DNA of 64,000 nucleotides from positions 128,001 to 192,000 of the forward strand of contig CAWHDZ010000007.1 in the NCBI GenBank assembly GCA_963828255.1, read 5' to 3'. Source of the stretch: an uncultured delta proteobacterium. GTDB lineage: Bacteria; Myxococcota; Myxococcia; Myxococcales; Anaeromyxobacteraceae. Position 1 is the stretch's first letter; each line of letters begins with the position of its first letter. This document shows positions 53,999-63,605 of this stretch, piece by piece. The notes beneath the pieces are model-generated. The model saw nothing but the letters and a program-made list of their open reading frames with translations. It was not told the origin of the DNA and searched no databases. Made by a program: the position numbers and the translations under genes.

Positions 53999-55641
53999 CT
54001 CCAGGCCCCCGGACGGGCGTACACCTGCACGAGCGGCACCTCGTCGAGGTAGGCGCCGGTCACGGGGCGGGTGGTGTGGAACTCGGTCCAGGTGCGGAAC
54101 TCCCGGTCGCGGAACTCCCGGTGATACTGCCAGATCGAGATGTCGGCGTCCTCGGGTCCGGATGCCACCGTGAGGTCCGGCCGCAGCCGGCCGTCGCGCT
54201 GGTACTGCCGCGCCGCCAGCGCCGTCGTCTCCTGGAACCAGATCCGCGCCCCCGGCGCGGCGTGGGTATTCACCGCCGGTAGAACGGCCACGGCCGCGTC
54301 GCCCCAGAACTGGCGCTGCATGCCCAGGGTGGCCGCTCCCGGGGCTCCCCCGGCGAGCTCGTTCCAGGCCGCGGTGCCGAAGGGGTGGACGTGGGCCACC
54401 TGCCAGGCCGCCGGGGCCAGTGCGAGGAACGCCAGGCCCGTGGTGACCGCCGCGGCGCGGGCCGGCCAGAGGAGCCGCCCGGTGGTGACGAGGGCGCGGG
54501 CCCCCAGGAGCGCCAGGAAGGGCATGGCCGGCATCCAGTGCTTCACCCCGCCGAAGTGGGGCACGGTGGGCCAGGCGATGAGGGCGATGGGGAACAGGGA
54601 CGAGAGGAGCAGCAGCCACTCGGTGGGGATCGACACCTCCGGCCCCCGCCCCCGCCAGGCCGAGGCGATCCGGCCGCCGGACTGCGCCAGCCCGCCGACC
54701 ATGGCCACCAGGATGGCCGCCGGGACGGTGAGCGCGGTCACGACGAACGGGTAGGCCACCGGGAAGGGGGGCTCGCGCAGCAACGTCCCGAAGTACATCC
54801 ACGGGTAGTTCTCGTGGTGCAGGTGGTAGCCCAGCCAGCCCTGGATCCGCGGCATCGTGTGGTGCCAGAGCCACGGCCAGGAAGCCACCAGCACCAGCGG
54901 TCCGAGCACCGCCATGGCCACGAGCGCCCAGGGGAACCGGTGGCCGCCCACCACGCCGACCGCACCCTCCGAGGCGGGACCGTGGCTCGCCTGCCGCCCG
55001 CGGAACGAGCCGAGCAGCCAGGCGGCGAGCAGCACCGGAGGCAGGAACCAGGCGTTGTGCTTGGCGCCGAGCGAGGCGCCGAGGAGGAGCCCCGACGCCA
55101 CCGCCCACCCCGCCGTGGAGAGCCGCCCCCGCGACGCGCTGGTGCTGCGCCAGAAGGCGTAGGTGGTTGCGAGCAGGAGCGCGGTCACCGGCAGGTCGAG
55201 CGCCGCCGGGTGGACGTGCCAGAAGTTCCGCGGGACGGCGAAGAAGAGCGCCGGTGCGATCGCGCCCCCCATCGTCCCGGCCAGGTCGAAGCCCCAGAGC
55301 GCCAGGACGACGGCCAGGAACGCGGCCAGCAGCCAGACGCCCGCCCGCGACCCCTGCACCTCGCCGGTGATGCCCGCCAGGTCGTGGAGCGCGGTGCGGG
55401 TCAGTCCGAAGAGCCCCTTCGCGAACCCGGGGTGCTCGTGGTTGGGCGCGTAGCGGCGGTCGGCCAGCTCGAGCACGCGGGACGGCTCGCGCAGCGCCTC
55501 CCCCCAGAAGCGGGCGTACGAGCCCCCGGCCTCGACGTAGACGCTCTCGTCGCGGGAGATGCCCACCGACGACGACGTGGCCGCCGCGACCGCCAGCACG
55601 GCGCAGCCCCACCCGAGGGCGATCTTCCTCCTCGCGTTCAC
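53995..55641 (-). CDS. GT-C (ArnT/PMT-like) glycosyltransferase
   Basis: ISRDESVY, NHEHPG, many TM segments. Confidence 0.75.
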   Translation of the reverse strand: MNARRKIALGWGCAVLAVAAATSSSVGISRDESVYVEAGGSYARFWGEALREPSRVLELADRRYAPNHEHPGFAKGLFGLTRTALHDLAGITGEVQGSRAGVWLLAAFLAVVLALWGFDLAGTMGGAIAPALFFAVPRNFWHVHPAALDLPVTALLLATTYAFWRSTSASRGRLSTAGWAVASGLLLGASLGAKHNAWFLPPVLLAAWLLGSFRGRQASHGPASEGAVGVVGGHRFPWALVAMAVLGPLVLVASWPWLWHHTMPRIQGWLGYHLHHENYPWMYFGTLLREPPFPVAYPFVVTALTVPAAILVAMVGGLAQSGGRIASAWRGRGPEVSIPTEWLLLLSSLFPIALIAWPTVPHFGGVKHWMPAMPFLALLGARALVTTGRLLWPARAAAVTTGLAFLALAPAAWQVAHVHPFGTAAWNELAGGAPGAATLGMQRQFWGDAAVAVLPAVNTHAAPGARIWFQETTALAARQYQRDGRLRPDLTVASGPEDADISIWQYHREFRDREFRTWTEFHTTRPVTGAYLDEVPLVQVYARPGAWR

Positions 55642-56618
55642 GGCAGCGCCACCAGCTCCACGCAGACCCCGAGAGGGAGGGGGCCGGAGGGAACGATCTC
55701 CACCGTCACCTCGTGCGGGATCGGCGGCAGGCGGGAGGTGTCGACCGTGAAGGGTCTCCAGGCCGGCGGGGCCGCCGAGGCCTCGGACCTCCCCAGCTCC
55801 ACGCCGTCCACCTTCACCCGGAGCGAGACCGGCGGCGCGCCGCCGGGCGGGTCGCCCACGAGCCCCACGTGCCCCCGCAGCGCCACGCCGAGGCGGGCGG
55901 CCGGGAGCCGCAGGACCAGCGGCTCCACGCCGGGTCCGGCGAAGCGCACCACCAGGCAGCTCCGGGGGCGGAAGCCCACCTCGCGGACCTCGCGGGCCGC
56001 CGGTGCGGCGCCCTGGATCGACGCGGAGTGAAGCCGGTCAGCGAGGGACCAGAGCGGCAGGAGCGGCGCAAGCAGGTCGTTTCGCGTGAGCGTGAGCCGG
56101 CCGATGCGGACCGGCCCCTCCACGACGGAGGACCGCTCGGCCAGCTGGGCGGCGATGGAGCCGGCGCCGCCGGGAGCGTCCGGGAGGGAGAGGAGCCAGA
56201 CGCGGGAGATGCCCGGGAGATCCTCGACACCCTCGGCGTAGGAGGGATGGGCCAGGATCGGCAGGAGCACCTCGGGGCGCGCCGGGAGCCGCTCGGGCAG
56301 GACCTCGCGGGCCCGCTCGGCCCAGGGTGGGGCGAGCGCCACCGCGTCGCCCGGGCGGGCGTCGCGGGCCAGCACCGCCGCCACCGCCTTCCAGTCGGTG
56401 GAGGAGGGGAGCCGGCCGGGGAGGGTGGCCTGGAACCAGAGGCCGTACAGCCCGGCCGCCGAGACGGCGACCGCGAGGAGCGCGGCCCAGGCGATGTCGC
56501 GGGGAGGCCAGAGCGTCGCCCGGGCCTTGCGCCGCAGCTCGTACCAGCCGGTCGGATCCGGCGGCGGCGGCTCCGGGAGGCGGTAGGTCGGCCCGCGGGG
56601 ATCCGGCGGCTGGGTCAC
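55638..56618 (-). CDS. Membrane-anchored hypothetical protein
   Basis: Single TM; GTGA coupling to the downstream gene. Confidence 0.65.
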   Translation of the reverse strand: MTQPPDPRGPTYRLPEPPPPDPTGWYELRRKARATLWPPRDIAWAALLAVAVSAAGLYGLWFQATLPGRLPSSTDWKAVAAVLARDARPGDAVALAPPWAERAREVLPERLPARPEVLLPILAHPSYAEGVEDLPGISRVWLLSLPDAPGGAGSIAAQLAERSSVVEGPVRIGRLTLTRNDLLAPLLPLWSLADRLHSASIQGAAPAAREVREVGFRPRSCLVVRFAGPGVEPLVLRLPAARLGVALRGHVGLVGDPPGGAPPVSLRVKVDGVELGRSEASAAPPAWRPFTVDTSRLPPIPHEVTVEIVPSGPLPLGVCVELVALP

Positions 56619-56628
56619 GAACGGTGAA

Positions 56629-57174
56629 TCAGGTCTTGGCCAGGCGGATGCGCCGTTCGCTCTTGTCGCGGCAGAAGGCGTCCAGCTCGAACTCGGGGTC
56701 GTCGGGCAGGGAGGGCGACCAGGAGGGGTGCATGGCGCACCGGGCGTCGTAGCAGTGGTGCAGGTCCCAGAGGTGGCCGAGGAAGTGGATCGACTCCCGG
56801 GTGAGCCGCCGCCGGTAGATCTCGATGGAGGCCTCGGTCACGCCGCGCGGCTTGAAGCGGAACGTGGAGACGATCGCGCGATCCCCGCCCTGCACGGCGT
56901 GGCCCCAGGCGGGTGGCTCGCCCAGCGGCCCCTTGGGGTTCGCGAGTTCCACGTCGATCAGGTAGAGCACCTTGTCGTCGGCGAAGGCGCGGACCGGGGA
57001 GGCGTCCTCGAGCATCTTGAGCGCGTTGAAGCGGCCGTCCGGTTGCTCGGCCTTGCGGGGCAGCGCCCGGTCGCCGGCGTGCTCGGTGCCTACCCCGAAG
57101 GAGCGGTAGAGGGTCTTCGCGAGGAAGGAGATGTCCCCTTCGTCGAAGGGGGAGAGCGTCACGATGCGGATCAC
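56629..57174 (-). CDS. carG: CarG-like zinc-binding adaptor (archaemetzincin-like, no catalytic Glu)
   Basis: HFLGHLWDLHHCx4CAM; coupled to carD. Confidence 0.8.
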   Translation of the reverse strand: MIRIVTLSPFDEGDISFLAKTLYRSFGVGTEHAGDRALPRKAEQPDGRFNALKMLEDASPVRAFADDKVLYLIDVELANPKGPLGEPPAWGHAVQGGDRAIVSTFRFKPRGVTEASIEIYRRRLTRESIHFLGHLWDLHHCYDARCAMHPSWSPSLPDDPEFELDAFCRDKSERRIRLAKT

Positions 57175-58286
57175 TTCTTCTTCCCCTTGGCGGGACTGGC
57201 GGGCTTCTTGGCCGGGGCCGCCTTCTTCGGTGCGGGCTTCTTCGGTGCGGGCTTCTTCGCGGGTGGCGCCTTCTTGGCGGGCGGAGCCTTCCTCGGTGGC
57301 GGCGGCGCGGCCTTCTTCGAGGGGGCGGGCGCCTTCTTCGCGGGCGCCGGCGCCTTCGGGGCCGGGGCGGCCTTCTTCGCCGGCGGGGGCGGCTTCACCG
57401 AGGGTGCTGGCGGCTTGACGGCGGGTGCGGGCTTCGCACCCTTCGGCGGCGGCGGCGGCGCCTTGACCGGGACGCCCTCGTCCTCCTCGTCCTCCCCGGC
57501 GGGCTTCTTCTCCTCGCCCTCCTCGGACTCCTCCGATTCCTCGGCCTCTCCCGCGCCGGCCCCCTCGATGGCGCGCAGGTCGATGCCCAGCTCGGCGAGA
57601 CCCAGGTCGTCGTCGTCCTCGGAGGCGGTGGGCTTCTTCCGCTTCCACGGCGGGCCCTTCAGCTCGACCGGCGTGGGGGGCGGCTTGAGCGGGAGCTTCA
57701 CGCCGGCGGGCGGCATGAGCGCGTAGTCGATGTAGTCCTCGGCGATGACGTCGGGGACGTCGAGGGAGACCGAGATCTCGTTGACCAGCAGGTGCCGGGA
57801 GCTGTCGTAGAGCTCGCGCTCCTTGGCAGGCAGCGGGCGCAGCCGGGACAGGGAGTGAAGGCCCTTCACCACCTCGGCCACGCCCAGCACCCCGCCGGCG
57901 ATGAGCCGCTCGACGTTGTCCCGGTGGCGCACCTTCCAGTCCAGCTCCGGGTCGTCATAGGTGGCGCCCAGGTAGTGGAAGACCCCCTCGATGTCCTCGG
58001 CCGAGGCGACCCGGCGAAGCCCGATGGTGGCGACCTTGCCGAGGGGAACCAGGACCGAGGCGCCGTTCTCCTCCCGGGTCATCTTCACGAACTCGAGCCG
58101 CTGCCCGGCGATGTCCTTCTGCTCGAGCCCGGTGACCCGGTAGACGCCCTGCTTCGGGTAGACCACCCGATCGCCGGCCTTGAGGTCGGACGACGAGGCG
58201 ATGGTGCCGCCCGCGGAGGGGGTCTCTTCCTGCTTCTCGGCGCGCTCGCGCCTTCCGGGCGTTCTCACGGCGATCACCGTTACCAC
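57171..58286 (-). CDS. carD: CarD regulator with acidic linker and histone-H1-like tail (start uncertain, 58268-58286)
   Basis: GDRVVYPKQGV, DWKVRHR; D/E-rich block; K/A/P-rich PAKKAP repeats. Confidence 0.85.
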   Translation of the reverse strand: MVTVIAVRTPGRRERAEKQEETPSAGGTIASSSDLKAGDRVVYPKQGVYRVTGLEQKDIAGQRLEFVKMTREENGASVLVPLGKVATIGLRRVASAEDIEGVFHYLGATYDDPELDWKVRHRDNVERLIAGGVLGVAEVVKGLHSLSRLRPLPAKERELYDSSRHLLVNEISVSLDVPDVIAEDYIDYALMPPAGVKLPLKPPPTPVELKGPPWKRKKPTASEDDDDLGLAELGIDLRAIEGAGAGEAEESEESEEGEEKKPAGEDEEDEGVPVKAPPPPPKGAKPAPAVKPPAPSVKPPPPAKKAAPAPKAPAPAKKAPAPSKKAAPPPPRKAPPAKKAPPAKKPAPKKPAPKKAAPAKKPASPAKGKKK

Positions 58287-58317
58287 GCGGCCCGGGGGGC
58301 GGCAACGGCCGGATCCC

Positions 58318-59097
58318 TCAGGGATCCCGCGCGGGTGGCAGGGGGAGGAAGGAGCTCGTCCTGCGGACGTAGGCCACGTATTCGGGGCGCCGCCCGGCGA
58401 TGTCCTTCTCGAGGAGCGACACCCCGGAGACCCTCACCAGCAGGAAGGTCATGAGGGCCGGCCCCAGCAGGCACCACCAGGCCCCGGAGGCCGCCCCGAC
58501 GAGCCCCAGCCCCCACCACACCAGGGCGTCGCCGAAGTAGTTGGGGTGGCGGGTGTAGCGCCAGAGGCCGCTCTCCATGACCTTTCCGCGGTTCAGTGGG
58601 TCGGCGAGGAACCTGGACAGCTGCGCGTCGCCCACCGTCTCGAAGGTCAGCCCCACGGCGAAGAGGGCGACGCCGGCGATGTCCAGGGGGCCGATCGGCC
58701 GTTCCGCACCGAGCGCCGCCCCGGCCTGCAGCGGCAGGGAGACGGTCCAGAGGAGCCCCCCCTGGAGGAGGAAGACCGTGAAGAGGCTCACCAGCGGGAA
58801 GCGGTCGCCCCAGGTGGCCCGCATGGCCTGGTAGCGCCGGTCCTCCTCCTTCTTCTTCCTCCAGCGCGTGCCGATGTGGAGGGCGAGCCGGAGCCCCCAG
58901 GCCGAGGTGAGCACCACGAGGAGCGTCGCGCGTGCCGAGGGAGGGGACAGGGAGGCCGAGACGATGGCCACGAAGGCGAAGCCGGGGCCCCAGAAGACGT
59001 CGGCGATGGAGGCGTCCCGCAGCGGCAGGGAGAGGGCCCAGACCACCACCATGTAGGCGGCGATGGCCGCCGCGGACGCGGAGAGGATGGTGGTCAC
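58318..59097 (-). CDS. DUF1295 / steroid 5-alpha-reductase-like protein
   Basis: IADVFWG, EDRRY, GLWRYTRHPNYFG. Confidence 0.9.
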   Translation of the reverse strand: MTTILSASAAAIAAYMVVVWALSLPLRDASIADVFWGPGFAFVAIVSASLSPPSARATLLVVLTSAWGLRLALHIGTRWRKKKEEDRRYQAMRATWGDRFPLVSLFTVFLLQGGLLWTVSLPLQAGAALGAERPIGPLDIAGVALFAVGLTFETVGDAQLSRFLADPLNRGKVMESGLWRYTRHPNYFGDALVWWGLGLVGAASGAWWCLLGPALMTFLLVRVSGVSLLEKDIAGRRPEYVAYVRRTSSFLPLPPARDP

Positions 59098-59744
59098 GGC
59101 CGCACTGCGGCGCCGCGCCAGAGACGGACGCTCGACCAGAGGACGAAGACGAGCCAGAGCGGACCGGCCACGCCGAGCAGCTTCGCTGCCGCCTCGGAGA
59201 AGGGCTGGCCGGCCACCGGGACGGAGGCCAGGCCGGCCAGGAGGCCCAGCACGGCGAGGGCGCGCGCCCCGCTCCGCCACAGCGCGGAGCCGAGCGCGAG
59301 CAGTCCGATGCCGAGCAGCAGGTTGAAGAGGGCGTCGAGCGACAGGGTCACGCCCAGCAGCGCGCGCGCCGCGGGCGCGCAGGCCACGCCCTCGCAGCCC
59401 GGCAGCAGGTGCGACACCAGGACGAGCGGCGTCACGCACCCCGCCGCGTTGAAGAGCGCGCCCACTGCGATGGAGGACGCACCGAAGCGAGCCACCGGCG
59501 TCCCCACCTGCCGGCCGAGGCCGCTGGCCCAGCCCGCCAGGGCCACGAGCCCGAGGATGAACGACACGGCGCTCGCCACCGTCGCCTGGGGCTGGGCGAA
59601 GGAGAGCGCCGCCCAGCGGTCGATGTCGGTGGGCCGGTAGGCCACCGGGATCTCCCAGAGGAAGGCCACGCCGGCGACGTTTCCGGCGAAGCCGGCGATG
59701 CCGAGGAGCGCCGCGATGCGGTCAGGACGGGTCTGGCTCTGCGT
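59094..59744 (-). CDS. Multi-TM hypothetical protein without a canonical start (possible ACG)
   Basis: About six hydrophobic segments; GTGA coupling to DUF1295. Confidence 0.6.
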   Translation of the reverse strand, partial: TQSQTRPDRIAALLGIAGFAGNVAGVAFLWEIPVAYRPTDIDRWAALSFAQPQATVASAVSFILGLVALAGWASGLGRQVGTPVARFGASSIAVGALFNAAGCVTPLVLVSHLLPGCEGVACAPAARALLGVTLSLDALFNLLLGIGLLALGSALWRSGARALAVLGLLAGLASVPVAGQPFSEAAAKLLGVAGPLWLVFVLWSSVRLWRGAAVRP

Positions 59745-60405
59745 AGGAATAGGCGATCTCCACCTGCTGGGGGGAACCGTCCTCCGCGGCGACGTTGGAC
59801 ACGCCGACGTAGCGGACGAGGCGTCGCGTGGCCGGGTCGTACTCCCCCTCGAGCGACGGGGCGAGGAGCCGGAGGAAGAAGCTGGTGGGCTCGAACCGGA
59901 CGCGGACGCGCCCGCTCTCGAGCCGGTCGCCGCGGAGCCGGAAGCTGAAGGCGTCGAGCCGGCCGGGCAGGGCCAGGGACACCTCCAGGGTCTCCCCGCG
60001 CGCCAGGACGTCGAGGTTGGCACGGGCGTAGCGGTCGAGCCCCTGCCCGGCCACGAGCGGCACGCCGTCCGGGAGCGGCAGGATCCTGGTGCGGTCGCCG
60101 TCCTGGAGCCGGACTCCGTCGGGGGCGCTCTGGACCGCCTCGCGCGCGCCGGAGCGCAGGTCCTTGAACTCGTAGTCCGGGGCGAAGGAGCCCGGGGCGT
60201 AGGCCGAGGTGAGGCGCGCGATGGTGCGTCCGTCGGGGTGGTCGTAGCGGGTCTCGGCGGAGGTGACGGTTCCGCCGGAGATGAGGACCTCGTGGGTCTC
60301 GACGTAGGCCACGGCGCCGTCCCGGGAGCGTGCGATCCCCTGGAACCGCTCGACCACCGGGGAGGCCAGGACGAGGAGAGCGGCTGCGGCGGCGACGGTG
60401 GTCAT
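59722..60405 (-). CDS. Secreted hypothetical protein
   Basis: Signal-like N-terminus; YVETH, VAGQGLDRY, RYVGVSNV. Confidence 0.7.
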   Translation of the reverse strand: MTTVAAAAALLVLASPVVERFQGIARSRDGAVAYVETHEVLISGGTVTSAETRYDHPDGRTIARLTSAYAPGSFAPDYEFKDLRSGAREAVQSAPDGVRLQDGDRTRILPLPDGVPLVAGQGLDRYARANLDVLARGETLEVSLALPGRLDAFSFRLRGDRLESGRVRVRFEPTSFFLRLLAPSLEGEYDPATRRLVRYVGVSNVAAEDGSPQQVEIAYSYAEPDPS

Positions 60406-60406
60406 G

Positions 60407-61633
60407 TCAGGCCCTCCCGCGCGGCCGGGCCAGAAGCATCTGGGCGTCGCCCAGGTATCCCTCGGCGAAGCCGGCCTCGCAGTAGCAGAGGTAGAAGTGC
60501 CAGATCCGGCGGAAGCGCTCCACGGTGATCCGCGACACCTCATCGGCGTTGCGGGCCAGGTTCTCCCGCCAGGCGGCGAGCGTGGTGGCGTAGTGCGGGC
60601 CGATGTCGTCGAGCCGGCGCAGGGTCAGGTCGGAGGAACGGGTGGCGGCCTGGAGGAGCGCCGTGATGGAGGGGATGTTCGACCCCGGGAAGACGTAGCG
60701 CTTGATGAAGTCCACGCCCCGCACGTGCTGCTCGTAGCGGGCGTCGGCGATGGTGATGGTCTGGAGCGCCATGAGCCCGTCCTCCTCCAGGAGGGAGGCG
60801 CACTTCGAGAAGAAGGTCCCGTAGTAGTCGGCGCCCACCGCCTCGAGCATCTCCACCGAGACCAGCTTGTCGAAGCGGCCGGTGAGGTCGCGGTAGTCGG
60901 TGTGCAGGACGTTGACGCTGTCGGAGAGGCCGGCGTCGGCCACCCGCTTCCGCGCCCGGGCCAGCTGGTTCGCCGAGATGGTGGTGGTGGTGACCCGGCA
61001 GCCGTAGCGGCTGGCCGCGTGGATGGCGAAGGCGCCCCAGCCGGTGCCGATCTCGAGCAGGTGGTCCTCGGGGCCGAGCCGGAGCATGCGGCAGAGCCGG
61101 TCGATCTTGGCGATGCTCGCCTCCTCCAGGGAGGACTGGGGGCGCTCGAAGACCCCGCAGGAGTAGGTCATGGTCGGGTCGAGCATGAGCTGGAAGAAGT
61201 CGTCGCCCAGGTCATAGTGCTCGGCGATGTTGCGCCGGCTGCCGGTCCGGGTGTTGCGCCGCAGGGCGTGCAGGACCGCGTCCACCGGACGCCGCAGCGT
61301 GGCCATCCCGGCCTCCAGGCCGTCCATGGTGGCCACGTTGCGGGCGATGAGCCGCACCACCGCGGTGAGGTCGGGGGTGTCCCACTCGCCGGCGGCGTAG
61401 GACTCGGACGCCCCCAGGGTGCCGCCGGTGGCGACGCGGCGCCAGAAGCCCGGGTGGCGCACCACCACCTCGGCGCACAGGCCGTCGCGGGCCGGGCGTC
61501 CGAACGTGCTGCTGGCTCCCTCTTCACGCAGGGTGAGCTGTCCCTCGGCCAGGCCGGCGAGGCGGGGGAGCACGAGCCCCCGGAAGGAGAGGCCTGCGGG
61601 GGGCGCGGTTCCGGCCTGGGCCTGGGTCGTCAT
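60407..61633 (-). CDS. cfa: Cfa-family fatty-acyl methyltransferase
   Basis: NIAEHYDLG, MTYSC, LEIGTGWG, SVEMLEAVG, YLCYCEAGF. Confidence 0.92.
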   Translation of the reverse strand: MTTQAQAGTAPPAGLSFRGLVLPRLAGLAEGQLTLREEGASSTFGRPARDGLCAEVVVRHPGFWRRVATGGTLGASESYAAGEWDTPDLTAVVRLIARNVATMDGLEAGMATLRRPVDAVLHALRRNTRTGSRRNIAEHYDLGDDFFQLMLDPTMTYSCGVFERPQSSLEEASIAKIDRLCRMLRLGPEDHLLEIGTGWGAFAIHAASRYGCRVTTTTISANQLARARKRVADAGLSDSVNVLHTDYRDLTGRFDKLVSVEMLEAVGADYYGTFFSKCASLLEEDGLMALQTITIADARYEQHVRGVDFIKRYVFPGSNIPSITALLQAATRSSDLTLRRLDDIGPHYATTLAAWRENLARNADEVSRITVERFRRIWHFYLCYCEAGFAEGYLGDAQMLLARPRGRA

Positions 61634-62370
61634 GGCGTGCTCCTGGGCGCGGCGGCGGACGGCCGCCTGGCGGGGTGGACGTGGAACGGGACACCCTTCA
61701 CCCAGAGGCGAAGGGCCTGCCAGTAGATGGCGGCGTGGACCTTCCAGGCCATGAACGGCTGGAGCAGCGCGGCCCGGCGCAGGGCGCCGGCGGAGAAGGG
61801 GTTCCGGCGCAGGGACAGGCGGGCCCGGAAGACCTCGGCGCCCTTCTCGAGGTTCACCATCTCCACCTCGAGCCGCTGTCCCGGGACCGGAAGACGCCAG
61901 TCGTAGGCCTGCTCCATCGGGTAGAAGGGCGAGACGTGGAAGGCCTTGTCGAACGTGGAGACCACGCCGTCCGGGCCGGCAGGCAGCACGTAGGCGTGGC
62001 GCTCGCCCCAGGGGGTGTTGGTGATCTCGGCCACCACGGCCCGCAGCCGCTCGCCGCCCTCGTCGAAGCAGTAGTAGAAGCTCACCGGGTTGAAGACGTA
62101 GCCCAGCGAGCGCACGTGGGTGAGGAGCCGCACCGGGCCGGCGGGCCGGAACCCCAGGGCGGCCTCGACCCGGTCGCGGACCTCGCCCGCCAGGTCGCGG
62201 GAGGGATCGCCCAGGTAGTCGGAGCGGCGGAAGGAGCGGAGCCCCAGCCCCGGAAGCTCGCCGAGGTCGAGGTAGAGCATGTACATGCGGTACGAGAAGG
62301 CGTGCGCGCGGGCGCCGCGCCGCGCGTGCGACACGACCCCGGAGTAGATGGCGCTCGCCCGGTCGCTCAC
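61630..62370 (-). CDS. DUF1365 protein
   Basis: GYVFNPVSFYYC; EITNTPWGERH; KAFHVSPF; AIYWQALRLW. Confidence 0.9.
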   Translation of the reverse strand: MSDRASAIYSGVVSHARRGARAHAFSYRMYMLYLDLGELPGLGLRSFRRSDYLGDPSRDLAGEVRDRVEAALGFRPAGPVRLLTHVRSLGYVFNPVSFYYCFDEGGERLRAVVAEITNTPWGERHAYVLPAGPDGVVSTFDKAFHVSPFYPMEQAYDWRLPVPGQRLEVEMVNLEKGAEVFRARLSLRRNPFSAGALRRAALLQPFMAWKVHAAIYWQALRLWVKGVPFHVHPARRPSAAAPRSTP

Positions 62371-63605
62371 AGGACCTCTCCGAGAGCCTTGCACACCGCG
62401 AGAGCGCTCACCACCCCATCCTCGTGGAACCCGTTGCGCCAGTATGCGCCGCAGTAGCTCGTGCTCCGGTGGCCGATGAGCTCGGGGTGCCGCCTCTGCG
62501 CGGCCACGCCGGGGGAGGAGAAGATGGGGTGCTCGTAGGTGACGTCGAGGAGCGTCCGGTCGTCGGCCACCGCCGCGTTCCGGTTCAGGGTCACGAAGTA
62601 GTCGCGCTTCGTGTCCGGGGACTGGAGCCGGTTCATCCAGTAGGTGACCGCCGCGCCGTCCCGTCCCTCGTCGTCGAGCTGGTAGTTCCAGGAGGCCCAG
62701 GCCTTCCTGCGACGCGGCATCACCCGCTCGTCGGTGTGGAGCCGCACGGCGTTGGCCCGGTAGGGGAAGTGGCCGAGCAGCCCGGTCTCGACCGGGGAGG
62801 GGTCGGAGAGCATGCGCAGCGCCTGGTCGGCGTGGACGGCGAGGACGACGTGGTCGAACCGCTCGGCCTCCTGGCCGGCGCCCTTCACCACGACCCCGTC
62901 GCCCCGGGTGATGCGCTCGACGGGCGAGCTCGTGCGGACCTCGCCGGAGAAGCCGTCCAGGATGGCGCGCACGTACTCCCGCGATCCGCCCCGGATGGTG
63001 AGCCAGGGGAACTCCCGCTTCACCTCCAGGAAGCCGTGGTTCTCGAAGAAGCGGGCCAGGAAGCGGGCCGGGAACTCCCGCACCCCCTGCGCGGACGACG
63101 ACCAGACCGAGCCCACCAGCGGGAGCAGGTGATCCTCGGTGAAGCCGCGGGAGTAACCGCGGGCCGTGAGCCATTCGAGGAGGGGGACCTCCGAGCCCTC
63201 GTCGAGCAGCCCCTTCGCCTCCCGGTAGAAGCGGGGGATGTCGTAGAGCATCCGGAGGAAGCGCGGGTCGAGCAGGTTCCGCTTCTGGGCGAGGAGGGCG
63301 CCGAGCGCCGGGGCCCCGTACTCGAAGTCCCGCCGGTCGCTGCGCACCGAGAAGCTCATGTCGCTCTCCTTCCAGGAGACGCCGAGCTCACGGAGCAGCG
63401 CGAGGAAGTTCGGGTAGGTGCGCTCGTTGAAGACGATGAACCCGGTGTCCACCGGGACGGTGCGCCCGTCCTCGGCCACGTCGAAGGTGTGGGTGTGGCC
63501 GCCAACGCGGGCATCGGCCTCGAACAGGACCACGTCGTGCCGGCGCCCGAGCAGGTGCGCCGAGACGAGTCCGGAGATGCCGGAGCCGACGACCGCGATC
63601 TTCAC
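62367..63605 (-). CDS. FAD-dependent oxidoreductase (amine-oxidase-like)
   Basis: VVGSGISG, VDTGFIVFNERTYPN, WASWNY, GFHEDG. Confidence 0.9.
   Translation of the reverse strand: MKIAVVGSGISGLVSAHLLGRRHDVVLFEADARVGGHTHTFDVAEDGRTVPVDTGFIVFNERTYPNFLALLRELGVSWKESDMSFSVRSDRRDFEYGAPALGALLAQKRNLLDPRFLRMLYDIPRFYREAKGLLDEGSEVPLLEWLTARGYSRGFTEDHLLPLVGSVWSSSAQGVREFPARFLARFFENHGFLEVKREFPWLTIRGGSREYVRAILDGFSGEVRTSSPVERITRGDGVVVKGAGQEAERFDHVVLAVHADQALRMLSDPSPVETGLLGHFPYRANAVRLHTDERVMPRRRKAWASWNYQLDDEGRDGAAVTYWMNRLQSPDTKRDYFVTLNRNAAVADDRTLLDVTYEHPIFSSPGVAAQRRHPELIGHRSTSYCGAYWRNGFHEDGVVSALAVCKALGEVL

Noticed and set aside
57171..57480. Repetitive DNA in carD
   Set aside because: Explained by PAKKAP low-complexity coding sequence
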